Positions 24,956-38,516 of a stretch of DNA of 64,000 nucleotides are shown here, one piece after another. The stretch comes from Azolla caroliniana (taxonomy: Eukaryota > Plantae > Polypodiophyta), in the NCBI GenBank assembly GCA_043228905.1, contig JBHGNT010000015.1, forward strand, positions 7,812,001-7,876,000. Reading direction: 5' to 3'. Both the position numbers and the translations under genes were made by a program. The stretch's first letter is position 1; each line of letters begins with the position of its first letter. The notes beneath the pieces are model-generated. The model had not been told where the DNA came from and did no database searches. It worked only from the letters and a program-made list of their open reading frames with translations.

Positions 24956-26098
24956 GTGCAATAATATGGCCTTCTTCCTTGATGAAGCACCCAAGGTGCG
25001 TAAACTGCACCTGCATCCCCTAGTCAATGATCTGATCGACTGACACCAAGTTCTTCGTGATAGTCGGAATGTGTAATACGTTCATCAGCTTTCCCCTCTG
25101 TCCGACATGGCTCAAAGGGACTTCTCCGACATGCACGATTGGGTGAGGAGTGTCGTCTCCGGTTTCGACGACTCCTGGTTGTTCCGGTTTCTCCAAGAAA
25201 GAGAACCACTCTTTGTGGCTCGTCATGTGATTTGACGCCCCAGAATCAACGTACCACACTTGCTGCAATTCGGAAGTGGTCTTCTTCATCGAGTTAGCCT
25301 CGTGTTTCATCACCAAGGCTGGCCCTTTTCTGGCTTTACCGGTTTTGGATCCTCCTGATCCTTCTGCGTAGTGCGAGTATTCCAGGTTCTCTTTGCCAGC
25401 CTTGTCGGATCCGGATTTGTTCGAATTAGCGCGCTTCTTCTAGCACTCATTTTCTCTGTGGCCCTTTTTACCACAATAACAACATTCCGTGTTGGCCTTT
25501 GCTTTCCGGCCTTCGGTGCCGCCTTGACTCCCCCTGCTTGTGGAGGGTCCGGAATTGTTGTCGGCACGTTCTCTGTGCCTTCGGTCCTGCTCTTGCCGGC
25601 CGCTACCATTGCGAGTCGGCCTGCCTCGTCCACCACGCCCACAGGACTGATCCGCCTCCATGTACAACATCCGGCTGTCAGTGGGTGCACTTGTTGACGC
25701 ACCGGCATGGTTCTCCTCGACAAGGAGCTTTGACTGTAAGTTGAAAAATGAAGACGTATTCTCCCTTGTACATACCGCCGTTTGAAACGCTCTGAACTTA
25801 GACGCTAGGCCACCAAGACAGATTTGCACCATCTCATCTTCCTCTACAGTGATGTTGATAGAGGCAAGTGAGTCACAGAACTCTTTGATTCGGGCTGTGT
25901 AATCGGCTACCGACATGTCCTTCTGTCGGACATTGCTCAACTCTTGTTGGAGTTGCAGCTTCCGGCCCGTAGTGCTTGCCGTGAAAACCTTCTTCAGGTT
26001 TCCCCAAGCTTCTTTTGTCGTCTTGGCATCTCGGACATGGCTCAGCAGCTAGTTTCCGACACTGGACGCAAGCAGTACATCACTCTGCTTGCCGCTTG
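24956..26098 (-). pseudogene. Copia-A copy 2 gag (N-truncated) and protease
   Basis: MVQICLGGL, CCYCGKKGHRENEC, WYVDSGASNHMT; continues the frame broken at 10802. Confidence 0.9.
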
Positions 26099-26673
26099 TG
26101 TTGAGAAATTGTTGAGAAATTTTAATCACAATGAACAAACAATGCTAATAATACGAATCACACCAAGATGTGAGAAAGACAAGTTCAACAGTGGTGCACA
26201 GAGATTTACGTGGAAACCCGAAAACGGGGAAATCCACGGGAACGGAGCTTCAGTAAGTATATTGGATATACAATATCGAATGTTACAACAATATCTCGAG
26301 TGGACCAGCCACGCAGGGGTCTTCGCGTTTGCTGTTACTCACACAACTATGGCGCGGCTCACGCTTCTCTCTCTCACGCTCTCTTGCGTTTTACAACTTC
26401 TTCTGTTCCTACACCCACTATCTTCTATTCATCATCATATACACTTGAAGTTTGCCCTAGTTACATATATACTTACATAACTTTCTGGCTATTTACATAC
26501 CTAGCCCTCATGGGGCGCTCATTCAGACTATTTACAAATATAGTCTCCCGAGTTGACTATATACACGATTCCGTTTTCGGTCGAGTCCCTCATTAACTCG
26601 GCTCCTGTTTTTTGACTGTCGGCCTTTCCAAACAGTCGGATCTTCCTCTTACTGGAGGGACAAATTCCCAACA
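26099..26673 (-). repeat. 3' LTR of Copia-T copy 2
   Basis: TGTTGAGAAAT...CCCAACA then AACTCCCCCTTC. Confidence 0.85.
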
Positions 26674-26797
26674 AACTCCCCCTTCACTCCTGTGGGAGAA
26701 AATCTGTTAGTCCTGTATTCTGTCGACAGACTTTGAGTTTGTCCATAGGTAGGTTCTTCGTTAGCATGTCGGATCCATTGTCGTCAGTATGGATCTT

Positions 26798-29700
26798 TGT
26801 TGAGTGGCAAACTCAACCGTATTTGGATCGGCTGAATAAGCCTGAGCCGGATCGACATTTGGTGAGCTGGGGAGCCAGTTAGCCGGATCCATCAGTAACC
26901 GGAAGCCTAGTAGCAGCCTAGACTACTAGGTAGTTAATGTCTCATAGTTAGTGTCAGATGCTTGTGTGAGCATTGAATTACACCGTACTTCTGTCAGTCC
27001 GTATGGACTTGTATAAAACTGTTCACTGAACACATACGATGTACAAAGAAACATCTTTTTGAAATAGAACTGAGTTGTCTGCTCTCTCTCTCTCTCTCCC
27101 TCTCCATCTCTATCTCTGTGTTTTCTGTTGTTTCCAGAACTGTGCACTCTGTGTTTCGCATACACTTCCGCGCACGCTATTCCTTTTACATGGTATAAGA
27201 GCGCGAGGGTTGAAGTCCTCTGCAACCGACAAGAAAAGCTTGCGATAAAACAGAGTTGAAGTTGTTCTTCGGTTTTGTTCGGAAAACAAAAAGACAGTAA
27301 TATGCACAGAGGAATGTCTAGCTCGCTCCTTGTGGAGAAACTCGACAGACCCAACTTCGCATCTTGGTCGTACAAGATGCACCAGTACCTGCTTGGGCAC
27401 GGCTACTGGAGTTATGTCGACGGAGCTAACGACACAACACTTGATGTGACACACAAGGACTTCCCCACGTGGGAACAAGCAACAAACAGAGTGATGTACT
27501 GCTTTGCGTCCAGTGTCGGAGACCAGCTGTTGAGCCATATCCGAGACGCCATGACGCCGAATGAAGCTTGGGGAAATCTGAAAAAGGTCTTCGCCGCAAG
27601 CACTATAGCCATGAAGCTTCAACTCAGCCAATAGTTAAGCAATGTATGACAACGAGATATGTCGGTGGCTGACTACACCACCAAGATTAAAGAAATCTGC
27701 GACTCACTCGCCTTTGTCAAGTGAACGTCGAGGAGGACGAGATGGTGCAGGTTTGTCTTGGTGGGTTAACATCTAAGTTCGGAGCTTTCCGAACGGCGGT
27801 CTGCACGAGGGAGAATCCGCCTTCGTTTCTCGAGCTTTAGTCAATGTGGCTCGTAGAGGAGAACTACGCTGGTGCATCTATAGGTGCACCCATCGACAGC
27901 CGGATGTTGTACACGGACAGCCGGATCGGTCCCATGGGTGTGGTGGACGAGGTGGGTCGGCTTGCAATGGTAGTGGCTAGCAAGAGTAGGACCGAAGGCA
28001 CAAAGAACGTGCCGATAGCAGTTCTGGACCCTCCACAAGCAGGGGGAGTCAAGGCGGTGCCGGAGGCTGGCAAGCAAAGGCTGACACGGAATGCTGGTAC
28101 TGTGGTAAAAAGGGACACAGAGAAAGCGAGTGATGGAATAAGTGCGTCGATCCGGACAGATCCGGATCCGGCAGAGAGAACCGACAATACTCGCACTACG
28201 CAGAACGATTGGGAGGATCCAAAACCAGAAAAGCCGGTAAAGGGCCAGCTTTGGTCATGAAACACGAGACTAACTCGATGAAAAAGACCACCTCCAAACC
28301 GGAGGAAGTGTGATATGTTGATTCCGGTGTATCAAATCACATGACAAGCCACAAGGAGTGGTTCTCCTTTTTGGAGAAACCGGAACAACCGGGAGTTGTC
28401 GAAACCGGAGATGACACTCCTCACCCAATCGTGCATATCGGAGAAGTCCCTTTGAGCCATGTCGGACAGACGGGGAAGCTGATGAACGTATTACACGTTC
28501 CGACTATCATGAAGAACCTGGTGTCAGTCGGTCAGATCGTTGACCAGGGGATGCAGGTGCGGTTTACGTAGTTTGGGTGCTTCATTGAGGAATAGGGCCA
28601 AATTATTGCACAAGGGCGCAGAGAAGGGAGGATGTTCATCATCGATGCCAATGCCGTCGACACCGCTTTGTTCTCCAAAGGACAGAAGATTGAATCGGAT
28701 ATTGATCCCTGGCACAAGCGAATCGGCCACGTCAAATACCGGAGGCTTCAAGACCTGCGAACGAAAAAAGTTGTTTTCGGTTTGCCAAAGTTCAGTGGTC
28801 GGAAGGCCCAAATATATGAATCCTGCCAACTCGCGAAGCAACACCGGCTTCCATTCCCCATCAAACGAAACCGTAGCCATAACAAGCTCGACCTTATTCA
28901 TTCGGATGTATGGGGACTGGCATAGAACCTTAGTCTTGGCGGGAGTCGGTATTTCGTCTCCTTCATCGACGACTACAGCCAACACACATGGATCTACCTC
29001 ATTGAGAGGAAGAGCGAAGTCTTCGAGAACCTGAAACGGAGAGGAAAATCAATTGCTTGCGGTCGGATGGCGGAAAAGAATATTTTTCTGGCCAATTCAA
29101 CAGTTATCTGCAGTAAAAGGAATTCGGAGAGAGTTCAGCTATAGATACACACCGGAGCAAAACGGTGTGGCCGAAAGGAAGAACCGGTCGATCGTCCGGA
29201 ACGCCTCCGCCTCCGTCGATTGCCCCATTGTACTACGCGGAGGCGGTCCAGACGACCGTCTACATCCAAAACCGGATCGGTGACAATGTGTTCGTGCATG
29301 AGCTGTATTTCAGACGCAAGCCGATTTTGAGACACCTTCGGATATTTGGTAGCATTGCATATGTGCATGTGCCGGATGAGAAGCGAAGGAAGTTGGATGC
29401 AAAGTCGGAGAAATGCATCCTGGTCGATTACTGGCATGAGCAGAAGGGGTATAACAAATATAACCTCCGGACGAAGCAGGTACGAGTTAGCCGGGATGTT
29501 GAGTTTGATGAGACGGCATAATGGTATGTCTTACTCGTTCCGACTTCCAACCCCGACCCGATACCGGAGGATGAGGCTAGTGAGCCTGAACCGGTCCAGA
29601 TAGAAGATGAAGACCTCGACACTCTAGAAGAGAGTCCGATCTCATTTCGGTTAAGTGGACCGAATGAGCGGCTGAGTCGGGGTGACCAATTAGATGAGGA

Positions 29701-30933
29701 ACTAGTGAGTAATGGAGACTCTACCGTGCTCTCGCTGCGCAAGGAATCGAGGAGACAGTTCATGCGCAAAGAGAAGGGGAAGAAGAAGATGCCGGAATAT
29801 GAAACCGGAAATGTTGGGTCCGATCGGAGCGATTCCGACTCCGGAAAGGATGAAGGCGGATCTTTGAGAACGAAGTTCGACTTGTCCAAGAAGGGCCCCA
29901 AACCGGGTAATACCAAGTTACACTGGTCTTCCCGCGTGAAGAACCCCGTGAGTACATGGTGCATCACTATGCGTACATGACCAAGGTAGTGGAAGTGCAT
30001 GAGCCGGAGAGCTACGCAGAAGCGGCAAAGGATGCAAATTGGCGTGCCGCTATGGAGGAAGAAATGCGGGTACTTGATGCCAACGACACATGGGACCTCG
30101 TTGACCCTCCCCGACACTGCAAACCAATCGGATGTAAGTGGGTGTACAAGGTAAAGTACAATGCCGACGGTTCGGTTCACCGGTACAAGGCCCGGTTAGT
30201 GGCAAAGGGATACGCGCAGAGCCACGGAATTGACTACGACGAGACCTTCGCTCCGGTAGCGAACATGATGACGGTTCGTGTGGTACTGGTAGTTGCTGCG
30301 GCAAAAGGGTGGCATCTTCACTAGATGGTTGTGAAGAATGCATTTCTTCGAGGCGATCTTGAAGAAGAGGTCTTTATGACCAAACCTCCCAGTTTCCAGA
30401 CGGTGATGAACAAGTCGGCGGTATGCCGGCTGAAGAAGTCACTCTATGGCCTGAAGCAAGCTCCCCGAGCTTGGAATGAGAAAATCATGCACCGATTGTG
30501 TAAGATGGGGTTTGTGGCCTCCAAGTCCGACTCTTCATTGTTCATCCGGCAAGGTCCAAACAGTCTGGTTTGCATCTTGTTGTATGTTGATGATCTAGTC
30601 ATCACCGGACCCGAACTCGATGAAACCAACCGAGTCAAGTCCCAGCTGTCGGAAGCATTTGAGATGAAGGACTTGGGGGACCTTCACTATTTCCTTGGGA
30701 TCGAGGTGATCCGAACCCCTGACGGCATAGTACTCTCACAACAACATTATGTGTTAAATATGCTATACAAGTTCGGCATGACAGAATGCCGACCAATCTC
30801 CACACCCCTGGATCGGGACTAGAAGCTCCGTCCCGACTCCGAACCGGCCTGCGATGAGAAGCGGTTCCGACAAATCGTTGGAAGCCTTATATATTTGACA
30901 ATCACCCGACCCGACATCAGTTATCCGGTCGGC
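26798..30933 (+). mobile_element. Copia-A-related copy 3, 3'-truncated
   Basis: 5' LTR 26798-27190, PBS TGGTATAAGAGC 27191-27202, gag-pol stops abruptly after TRPDISYPVG. Confidence 0.9.
27302..30933 (+). pseudogene. Copia gag-pol of Copia-A copy 3
   Basis: [36 protein letters not shown]. Confidence 0.9.
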
Positions 30934-32810
30934 CTGAGGGGGACGTGTTGATCAGATAAACAACTGTGTACATTGCCTCAGCCCAATAGGATTTCGGTAG
31001 TTTCGCGTGAGAGAGCATGCTCCTTATTCTCTCCATGATTGTTCGATTCATCCTCTCAGCAAGCCCGTTCAAGTCTGGGGTCTTTGGCACTATGTATTCG
31101 ATTCGAATACCTTGGCACTTGCAGTATTCCTCGATTTTCCCTTTGTACTCCCCACCGTTGTCGGTTCGGACAACCTTTAGTTTTCGACCCAACTCTCTTT
31201 TGGTTCTTGCCTGGAACTCCTTGAAAACCGACAATACTTGATCCTTCGACTTCAGTACGAAGGCCCATGTCTTCCGACTATGCTCATTAATAAATGTCAC
31301 AAAATACTATCCTCCTCGACGCGATGGAGCATCCACATAGCACACATCTGTGTGCACTAGTTCCAGTGCAACTTCTCTTCTCTTCGGTGGTCTTGTGTGG
31401 AATGCCGTCCTGTTTCGCTTTCCGGCTAAGCAGTCGACACACTTCTCTAGGTGAACTCCCTTGACTTCTGGTAGAAGTTTCTGGTCGGCTAGCAGGTGCA
31501 TTCCCTTCTGACTCATGTGGCCTAGCCTCTTATGGCATATTTCCCTTGCCGAGTCGGCTGTCACGTTTACTTCCGATTTGCACAGTCGGGCATGCATCGT
31601 ATACAATGTGCCTTCTTTCTGTGCTCGGGCCACTATAAGATTTCCTCGGCAGAACTTCCACTTGCCATTCCGAAAACTACCATTGTAGCCTTCGTCGTCA
31701 AGCTTTCCATTCGATATCATATTCAATTTGATATCGGGGACGTGTCGAACATCCTTCAACATCAGTCGACACCTTGTCAACGTTGTCAAGCTGACACTTC
31801 CGACTCCGATTATCTTGCACTCTCCCCTATCACCCATCTTTACATAACCATGATCCCCGACTATGTAAGTCGAGAAATACTCGCTCGACGGAGTAATGTG
31901 AAAAGATGCGCTGGAGTCGATCACCCACGTGCAATCTTCACTCGCAAGGTTTGCACTCGTCTATTCACAAATTAACATAAGTTCTTAATTGCTCGTAGCA
32001 ATGGCTAAAGTGTTCTTTTCATCAGGAATCTTCTTGGGTTCGACATTGTTTCCAACACTCTTGTCTCTTCTCATGTGTCGACAATCCTTCTGGAAGTGTC
32101 CATGTTTTCCACAATAAAAGCACACTGGCTTACCTCTGGACTTCGATCTGGCCTGGGATTTGTCCGTTCGTTGCAGACTTCTTCTTCGTCGGTCTCTTCC
32201 TCTGTCCATATGTTGAGTTAGATTTGATTCCGTTTGGGACAGGACTCCTTTGTCTTTCCTCCTTGCCTCGTTATTTAGGATGCTTGTCTTCACCGTCTAT
32301 AAAGACAAGTTCTCTTCTTGGTAGGAGGTGCTGAGAGTAACAACTAGGTTTTCCCAGCTTTCCGGTAGAGTGCACATCAGCAGGATGGCCTGCATTGCAT
32401 CATCCAGGGGGAACTTGGTCGTCGCAAGTTGATTTACATACCCCATAAATGTGCTGATGTGTTCGACGATGCTTTCACCATCTCTGTATTTCAACCGTAC
32501 AAATTTTCTTATTAGCGAGGTTCTATTGAGTGTGTTCTTCCTCTCATACAAACTTGACAACTTCTGCCACATGCCATAGGCATTTGTGTCGTTCGCCACA
32601 TGCTGAAGGACACTTACATCAACGCATTGTCGGATAGTGGCCACCGCCTTCCTATTTATAAGCTTCCAGTCCGACTCCAATACCCCCCTAGGTATTTCTG
32701 CTCTGTTGACTGGCTCGTACATGTCTTTAACTATGAGAAGGTCCTCCATCTTGATCTTTCAGTCTGCATCGTTCTGAGAGTTCAACACTATCATGCTGGG
32801 GAATCTGCTC
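30934..32810 (-). pseudogene. gag-protease-integrase of Copia-T copy 2
   Basis: TLPESWENL, CFYCGKHGHFQKDC, IDSSAS, ELVHTDVC, NGLAERMN. Confidence 0.9.
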
Positions 32811-33314
32811 ACCTCAAGCTCTGATACCAGTTTGTTGAGAAATTGTTACCCGGACAAGTATGGATGCGTCGGAGTCGGAAGGAAGTTCGGAGTTGGAGTT
32901 GGAGTCGGATCGACAGTTTAGATCGGTGACTCAATAGATAACCGAATAGGATATAGTTAGTTACGAAGTTTTGTAATTCTTGATAATTATAGGCAGTAGG
33001 ATTTCTTGATGAGAAAAGACCTTCGGGTTACCTATAAAAGGAACCGAAGGCATTGTAAAAATCTATCATTGTATTTAGTAATATAAAGTTTAGTTAGAAA
33101 ACCTCTGTGTACGAATCACTCTTGCTATCTATTTCATTCTGTCTAAACTATATTACATAAGTCACAATCTCGGTGTCTGTAATCACCGATAAGTACCACT
33201 AATTCGTATCTATTCGTTTAACCACAACTTCTTGATAGAACTTTCGGTACGAATGTTCATCTTATATTGTGTCGGCAAAGTAGTAATTGTCGACCGAACT
33301 ACACCATATAATTT

Positions 33315-33332
33315 TGGCACACCCGGTGGGAC
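33315..33332 (+). promoter_or_regulatory. PBS, tRNA-Arg type (18 nt)
   Basis: TGGCACACCCGGTGGGAC, complementary to a tRNA 3' end GTCCCACCGGGTGTGCCA; resembles the Tat/Ogre Arg PBS. Confidence 0.8.
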
Positions 33333-33374
33333 GCCCGGTTACATCTGCACACCGTAGAGAACAAGACGAATGGA

Positions 33375-36300
33375 TGTCGTATGATCCGAATACACCAGTC
33401 AGTTGTAAACGTCCTCGTACGCGTTCTGTTACGAAGGCGCTAGAGACAGAATCGACTGAGGAATTGCAGCCGAAAACAAGTAGAAGGTGGTCTGTACTTC
33501 CTGATTTAACTAATAGCTAGTCTTCGGACAAAAATCAGCCGGAAGAGGAATCATTTTACGATATCTGGAGTGAGGAAAATATGCCTTATCCATATTCTAA
33601 GTTTCGTGAGGGAACTGATGCAGAGGCGCACGTGAGGGATTTCCTGACAACATGGGAGATTAACCATGGAGCTCAGAGAATGTCGGCGGTAGCCGAAGCT
33701 AAGGCTAAGATTGCTGAGTTCGTTTTGTCATTGGTTGGTTATTCCGCTAATTGATCTGGTCTCCGTGGGTTTGAAACATTCAAACAATTGACCACCAAAT
33801 TTCTGTAGTTATTTCATCGTCAGATACCTCAAAAGGATTTGATAGCGCAATGTTATGCGTTTTATCAGGAGCAACATGAAACAGTGTCTCAATTTGTAAT
33901 CCATTTTTAAAATTTACAACTTCAAATTTCCAGGCCTATTCCGGACAATGAATTGAAGGATGCATTCCTTGAAGCAATTCGTGAATCATTACGAACAACA
34001 CTGAAGGTGTTCGATTTCCGGAATCAAAATATTGAGCAAGTGATTGATAAGGCAATCGCTATGGGCCGACCGCCGGTAAATGTACGGAATATGGATATGT
34101 CAGCACTAAATTGTACATTGCCAACGATGGAGGAGTTACAATTTCGGCAAGCGATTCAGTGTACTACTTGTTTAAATACTGGTCATTCGGCGATCGAATG
34201 TAGTCTACGAACGCACTGCACAATATGTCATTCTAAACTTCATTCAGTCGAGCAATGTGAGTATAACTTGCTCAATAAGACGACGGCTCCGGTAAGACAA
34301 ATTTTTCCGGAAAACAGGTACCACAATAACTAGAATTCGTTCAATAGTGGGTACCAACAGAATAGTTTTCCACAAAATCAACAACATAATTTTCAACAAA
34401 ATCAAGCCTTTCAGCAAAATAATTCTCAACAGAATCCAAGTTTTCAACAAAATAATCAGGCCTTTGAACAAAATAATTTTTAGCACAATCAAAATTTTCC
34501 ACAAAATAAATTTCAACAAAATCAAGAATTTTTGGTAGTACCGAATATGAATCAACAACAGCCAAATGGGGGATGGTTTAAGCAGAACTGGTATAAAAAT
34601 AAAAAATTCTACAAGCCGAAAGCCTCACGACAGTTTCAGTAATCGCCGAATTCTAATGGGAATGATGGTCACCAGTTTATGCAAAATGATGGAACTCGTC
34701 AGTTTGTGCAAGGCGAGGGAAGTGGAACGTTTGTTCCTACTTGCTATATTTGCCGTCAACCTGGTCATTATGCTAATTAGTGTCCTGCTAAAGGAAAAGG
34801 ACCGGCGGTTAATATGGTTTATTGGAAATACAACAAGTAACCACTAGAAGTAAAAGCAAACAATCTGAGTGGGAGATTCAGGAAGCAGTCCGTAAAGCAG
34901 CCAAGGAATGGGTAGAGGAAGCAAACCAAAATAATGTAAACCGGATGCTCCAAGACAATGAAATTAACCAAGCTACCAAATTACCAGGAGCTATGGTTGT
35001 ACCAGAACAAGAGGAAACTTGAAAGATCTTGGTAGATTGCCAAGTATCACTACCATTGACTGGATTACTTAAGTTGGTTCCTAGATTTACCGAAAAGGTG
35101 GCGACATTGATTGCTCAAAAAGGGTCAGAACAAGTATGGGTACACTATAGTGAGCCGAGCACCAGCCCTTCAATCATGGATGAGCAAAATCCATCGATTA
35201 AAGTAATAATTCATGGTCAGGAAATTGAAAATGCGATTGTCGATGGTGGCTCAGGAGTAAATGTCATTAATAAAACCACGTGTGATAGGTTGGGTATTAC
35301 TAAATGGGAAGCTTGCCCATTTTGGCTAAGAATGGCAAATACCAATACGGTACAACCAATTGGCTTACTCCGACAATTAGAGGTGGTGTTGGGTGGTCAT
35401 AGTTTTCTGATATCGGCAGTAATACTTCATTTGGAAGCTCCTGGTGCATATCCCTTCCTATTAGGTCGGCCATGGTTAAAGACTGCTAACATCAAGGCAA
35501 AACGAAAATCCGGGTGTCTACAAAGAACAAGGTTGCGGCAAGCAAACAATGTTTGCCAGTGCATGCTGAGTCCGTCAATATGATGGAGGGATTAGACGAG
35601 GTTGAAGAAAATCAGTATTTTGATGATAATCCGGAAATTATTCCTTTGTTCGAAGTGGATATTTTACAAGCCTTGACACCATATGTGGATGTCTAGGAGT
35701 AATCGCCAATAGATGAGCAAACAATGAAGGAAATACGACTCCAACATGAAGCTACCGATAGAGAGATGAAGGTGTCCGAACGAGTTCAAGCTTAGGCATT
35801 GGAGGAAATAAATTTGGCAGAAGAAGATAAGGACAATGAGTTGAAAACAGTACTCATTGCTAAAGATATGATAGAAGCTGACAAACAACGATTAACGGCA
35901 TTATTAAAGCAATCTAAGGATGTCTTTGCATGGTCTTTTGAAGATATGAAGGGACTTGACCCAGCTTTCTGTCAACATCAAATCAACATGCATAAGGATG
36001 CAAAGCCAGTTCAACAACGCAGGTACCAATTAAATCCTAATTATGCTATTAAAGTAAAAGAAGAAATAGATAAACTTTTGAAAGTAGGGTTTATTCGTCT
36101 GGTGAAAAAATCGACATGGTTAAGCCCAATCGTAGTAGTTCTGAAAAAGAATGGCAAGATTCGGGTATGTGTCGACTACCGAAAACTGAATGCGGCTACC
36201 GTTACGGATGCATTCCCATTACCATTTACGGATGGTATATTGGATGTGGTAGCTGGCCATGAAGTCTATAGTTTCCTAGATGGTTTTAGTGGTTATAATT

Positions 36301-38516
36301 AGGTTCGGATGAATTCGGAAGATTAAGAAAAGACAGCTTATGTTACAAAATGGGGAGTGTTTGTAGCGGTAGTAATGATGTTTGGCTTGAAGACCGCCTC
36401 GACGACATTCCAAAGAGTGCTACAGGAAATATTTGGGGATACATTCCTGCATTTATGCAAGTCTTTTTGGATGATTTCGCAGTTTATAGTAGGAAAAACG
36501 AACATTTTGAGCATTTACGATTATGTTTGGAGAAATGTCGGACAAGTCAGCTTAGTTTAAATGCGGCAAAATGCGCATTCGGGGTCACTAGTGGCACATT
36601 ATTAGGACATATTGTCAGTCAAGAAGGAATTGCAGTGGACCCCGACAACGTTAAAACCATATTGGAAGCACTGGCACCCACAAATGCTAAAGCTGTCAGT
36701 CGGTTTTTAGGTCAAATTAGATGGCACAACAGTATGATAAGATATCTTGCGGATATCGCCATTCCCTTACATACAACAGTGCGCAAAGTCCCTTTTTAGT
36801 GGACAAGTGTGGAACAGGATGCATATGAGTGTCTCAAGAAAATCTTGTCCAAAGTTCTCTTGGTTCAACCACCTGACTGGAATAAGCCATTGCACGTTTT
36901 TGTCGACGCATCAGACATCGCAATCGGAAGTGCATTAATGCAGTTAACCGAACCGAATTGGTACAGGCTAGTGTACTATGCCAGTCGGAAGCTCTCGACA
37001 GCGGAGAGAAACTATTCAACAACTGAGAGGGAAGCTTTAGGAATGATCTATAGTGTCAATAAATTTCGACACTATCTTTTGGGGAAAAAGTTTACATTTC
37101 ATGTTGATCATTCGGCTCTTCTTTATTTGGTCTCGAAACAAGAGTTAAATGGTAAGTTAGCAAGATGGAATCTTCTACTCCAAGAATTCGAATTCGACAT
37201 TTTACATCAGCTAGGAGTACAACATGCAGTGGCTGATTATCTCAGTCGACTAGAGTCAGGAGAAGAAGGCACAGGTGTCAAAGATGATTTTCCGGATGCC
37301 CAGCTTTTTCGAGTGGAAGCAGTAAATGCACAGGAGATAAATGAAGAAAGTGAGGATGCTTGGATCTCAGAGATGACAATCTTTCTTACAACAGGGATAC
37401 CACCCAAACATCTATTGGCAGACGAAAGGAAAAGGTTGGCGGTACGTAGTCGTAAGTTTTATCTTTTGAACGACACTTCGTATCAAAAAGAAGCAGATGG
37501 TATTTGGAGAAGAGCGGTACGATAATTCGAAAAATCCGTCATTCTTTGGGCATCGCACTGTGGAATTGCAAGAGGGCACTATGCTGGAGAAACCACAGCC
37601 AGAAAAATATGGAACAATGGGTTATGGTGGCCGACAGTGATGAAGGATGCAGTCGAATATTGTCGGAAATGTGATTTATGCCAACATATGGGACAATCGA
37701 CAGAAAAGGACAGGATGTCGTTCCAACCTGTGTTACCTCTTGAACCTTTCCAGAAATGGGGTTTGGATTTTGTAGGCCCATTCAAACCGGTAGCAGTAAG
37801 AACAGGCAATCGATATATTATAGTTGCCATTGACTACTACACGAAGTGGGTAGAAGCTAAAGCTCTTATGGATTATACGGCAGCTTCACCAACAAAATTT
37901 TTGTACGAAAGTATATGGTGTCGATTCGGTTGTCCAATAGAATTAGTGAGCGATCAAGGTACACATTTTATTAACAAGCTTGTTCATGAATTGTATACAT
38001 ACTATGTAGTGGCTCATAAGAAAAGCACACCTTACCATCCACAAGCAAATGGCTTGGTGGAGTCAACAAACAAAACCCTCCAGATGATACTCAAAAAGAT
38101 AGTAAATCAGAATCGTACGAACTGGGATCAAAAGTTGCATAGTTCTTTTTGGGCATATCGCACGTCGTACAAAGCATCTATTAAATGAACACCTTTCCGA
38201 ATGGCTTTCGGATTGGAGGCGGTTATGCCAATCGAATTCCAGATTCTGACACTCCGAATACAGGAAACCTAAAAATTAAATGAACTACAATCGGAGCAAA
38301 TTCGGAAGGAATCTTTATTGCTCTTAGAAGAAACCCGAATACAAGCTATGTCAGCTTTGGAGCACAAGTAGAGGCAAACGAAGGCATTTGTAAATTGACA
38401 CCGACGAAAAACCGAAACTCAATTCGGAATTGGGAAACCGGTGCTTGTTTTTCAGACCAGGATGGAGTCTATGCCAGGTAAACTTCGATATAGATGGACA
38501 GGACCAGTTTGGATCG
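33375..38516 (+). pseudogene. Gypsy-P copy 2 gag-pol
   Basis: [44 protein letters not shown]; start approximate. Confidence 0.9.
34325..34565 (+). repeat. Degenerate tandem repeat (TTTCAACAAAAT core) encoding a Q/N/F-rich Gag segment
   Basis: Repeated F-Q-Q-N units in the gag frame. Confidence 0.85.

Larger units (their letters stand above)
26099..32843 (-). mobile_element. Tnt1/Tork-like Copia, Copia-T copy 2 (diverged family), RT deleted
   Basis: 3' LTR 26099-26673, PPT 26676-26685, RH tail KIHTDDNGSDMLTK, gag-PR-IN 30934-32810, PBS 32818-32829, 11-bp stub of the 5' LTR at 32833-32843. Confidence 0.85.

Noticed and set aside
34244-34565. Leu/Ile/Lys-rich short ORFs in alternative frames
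   Set aside because: Off-frame and antisense readings of the Q/N/F gag repeat.
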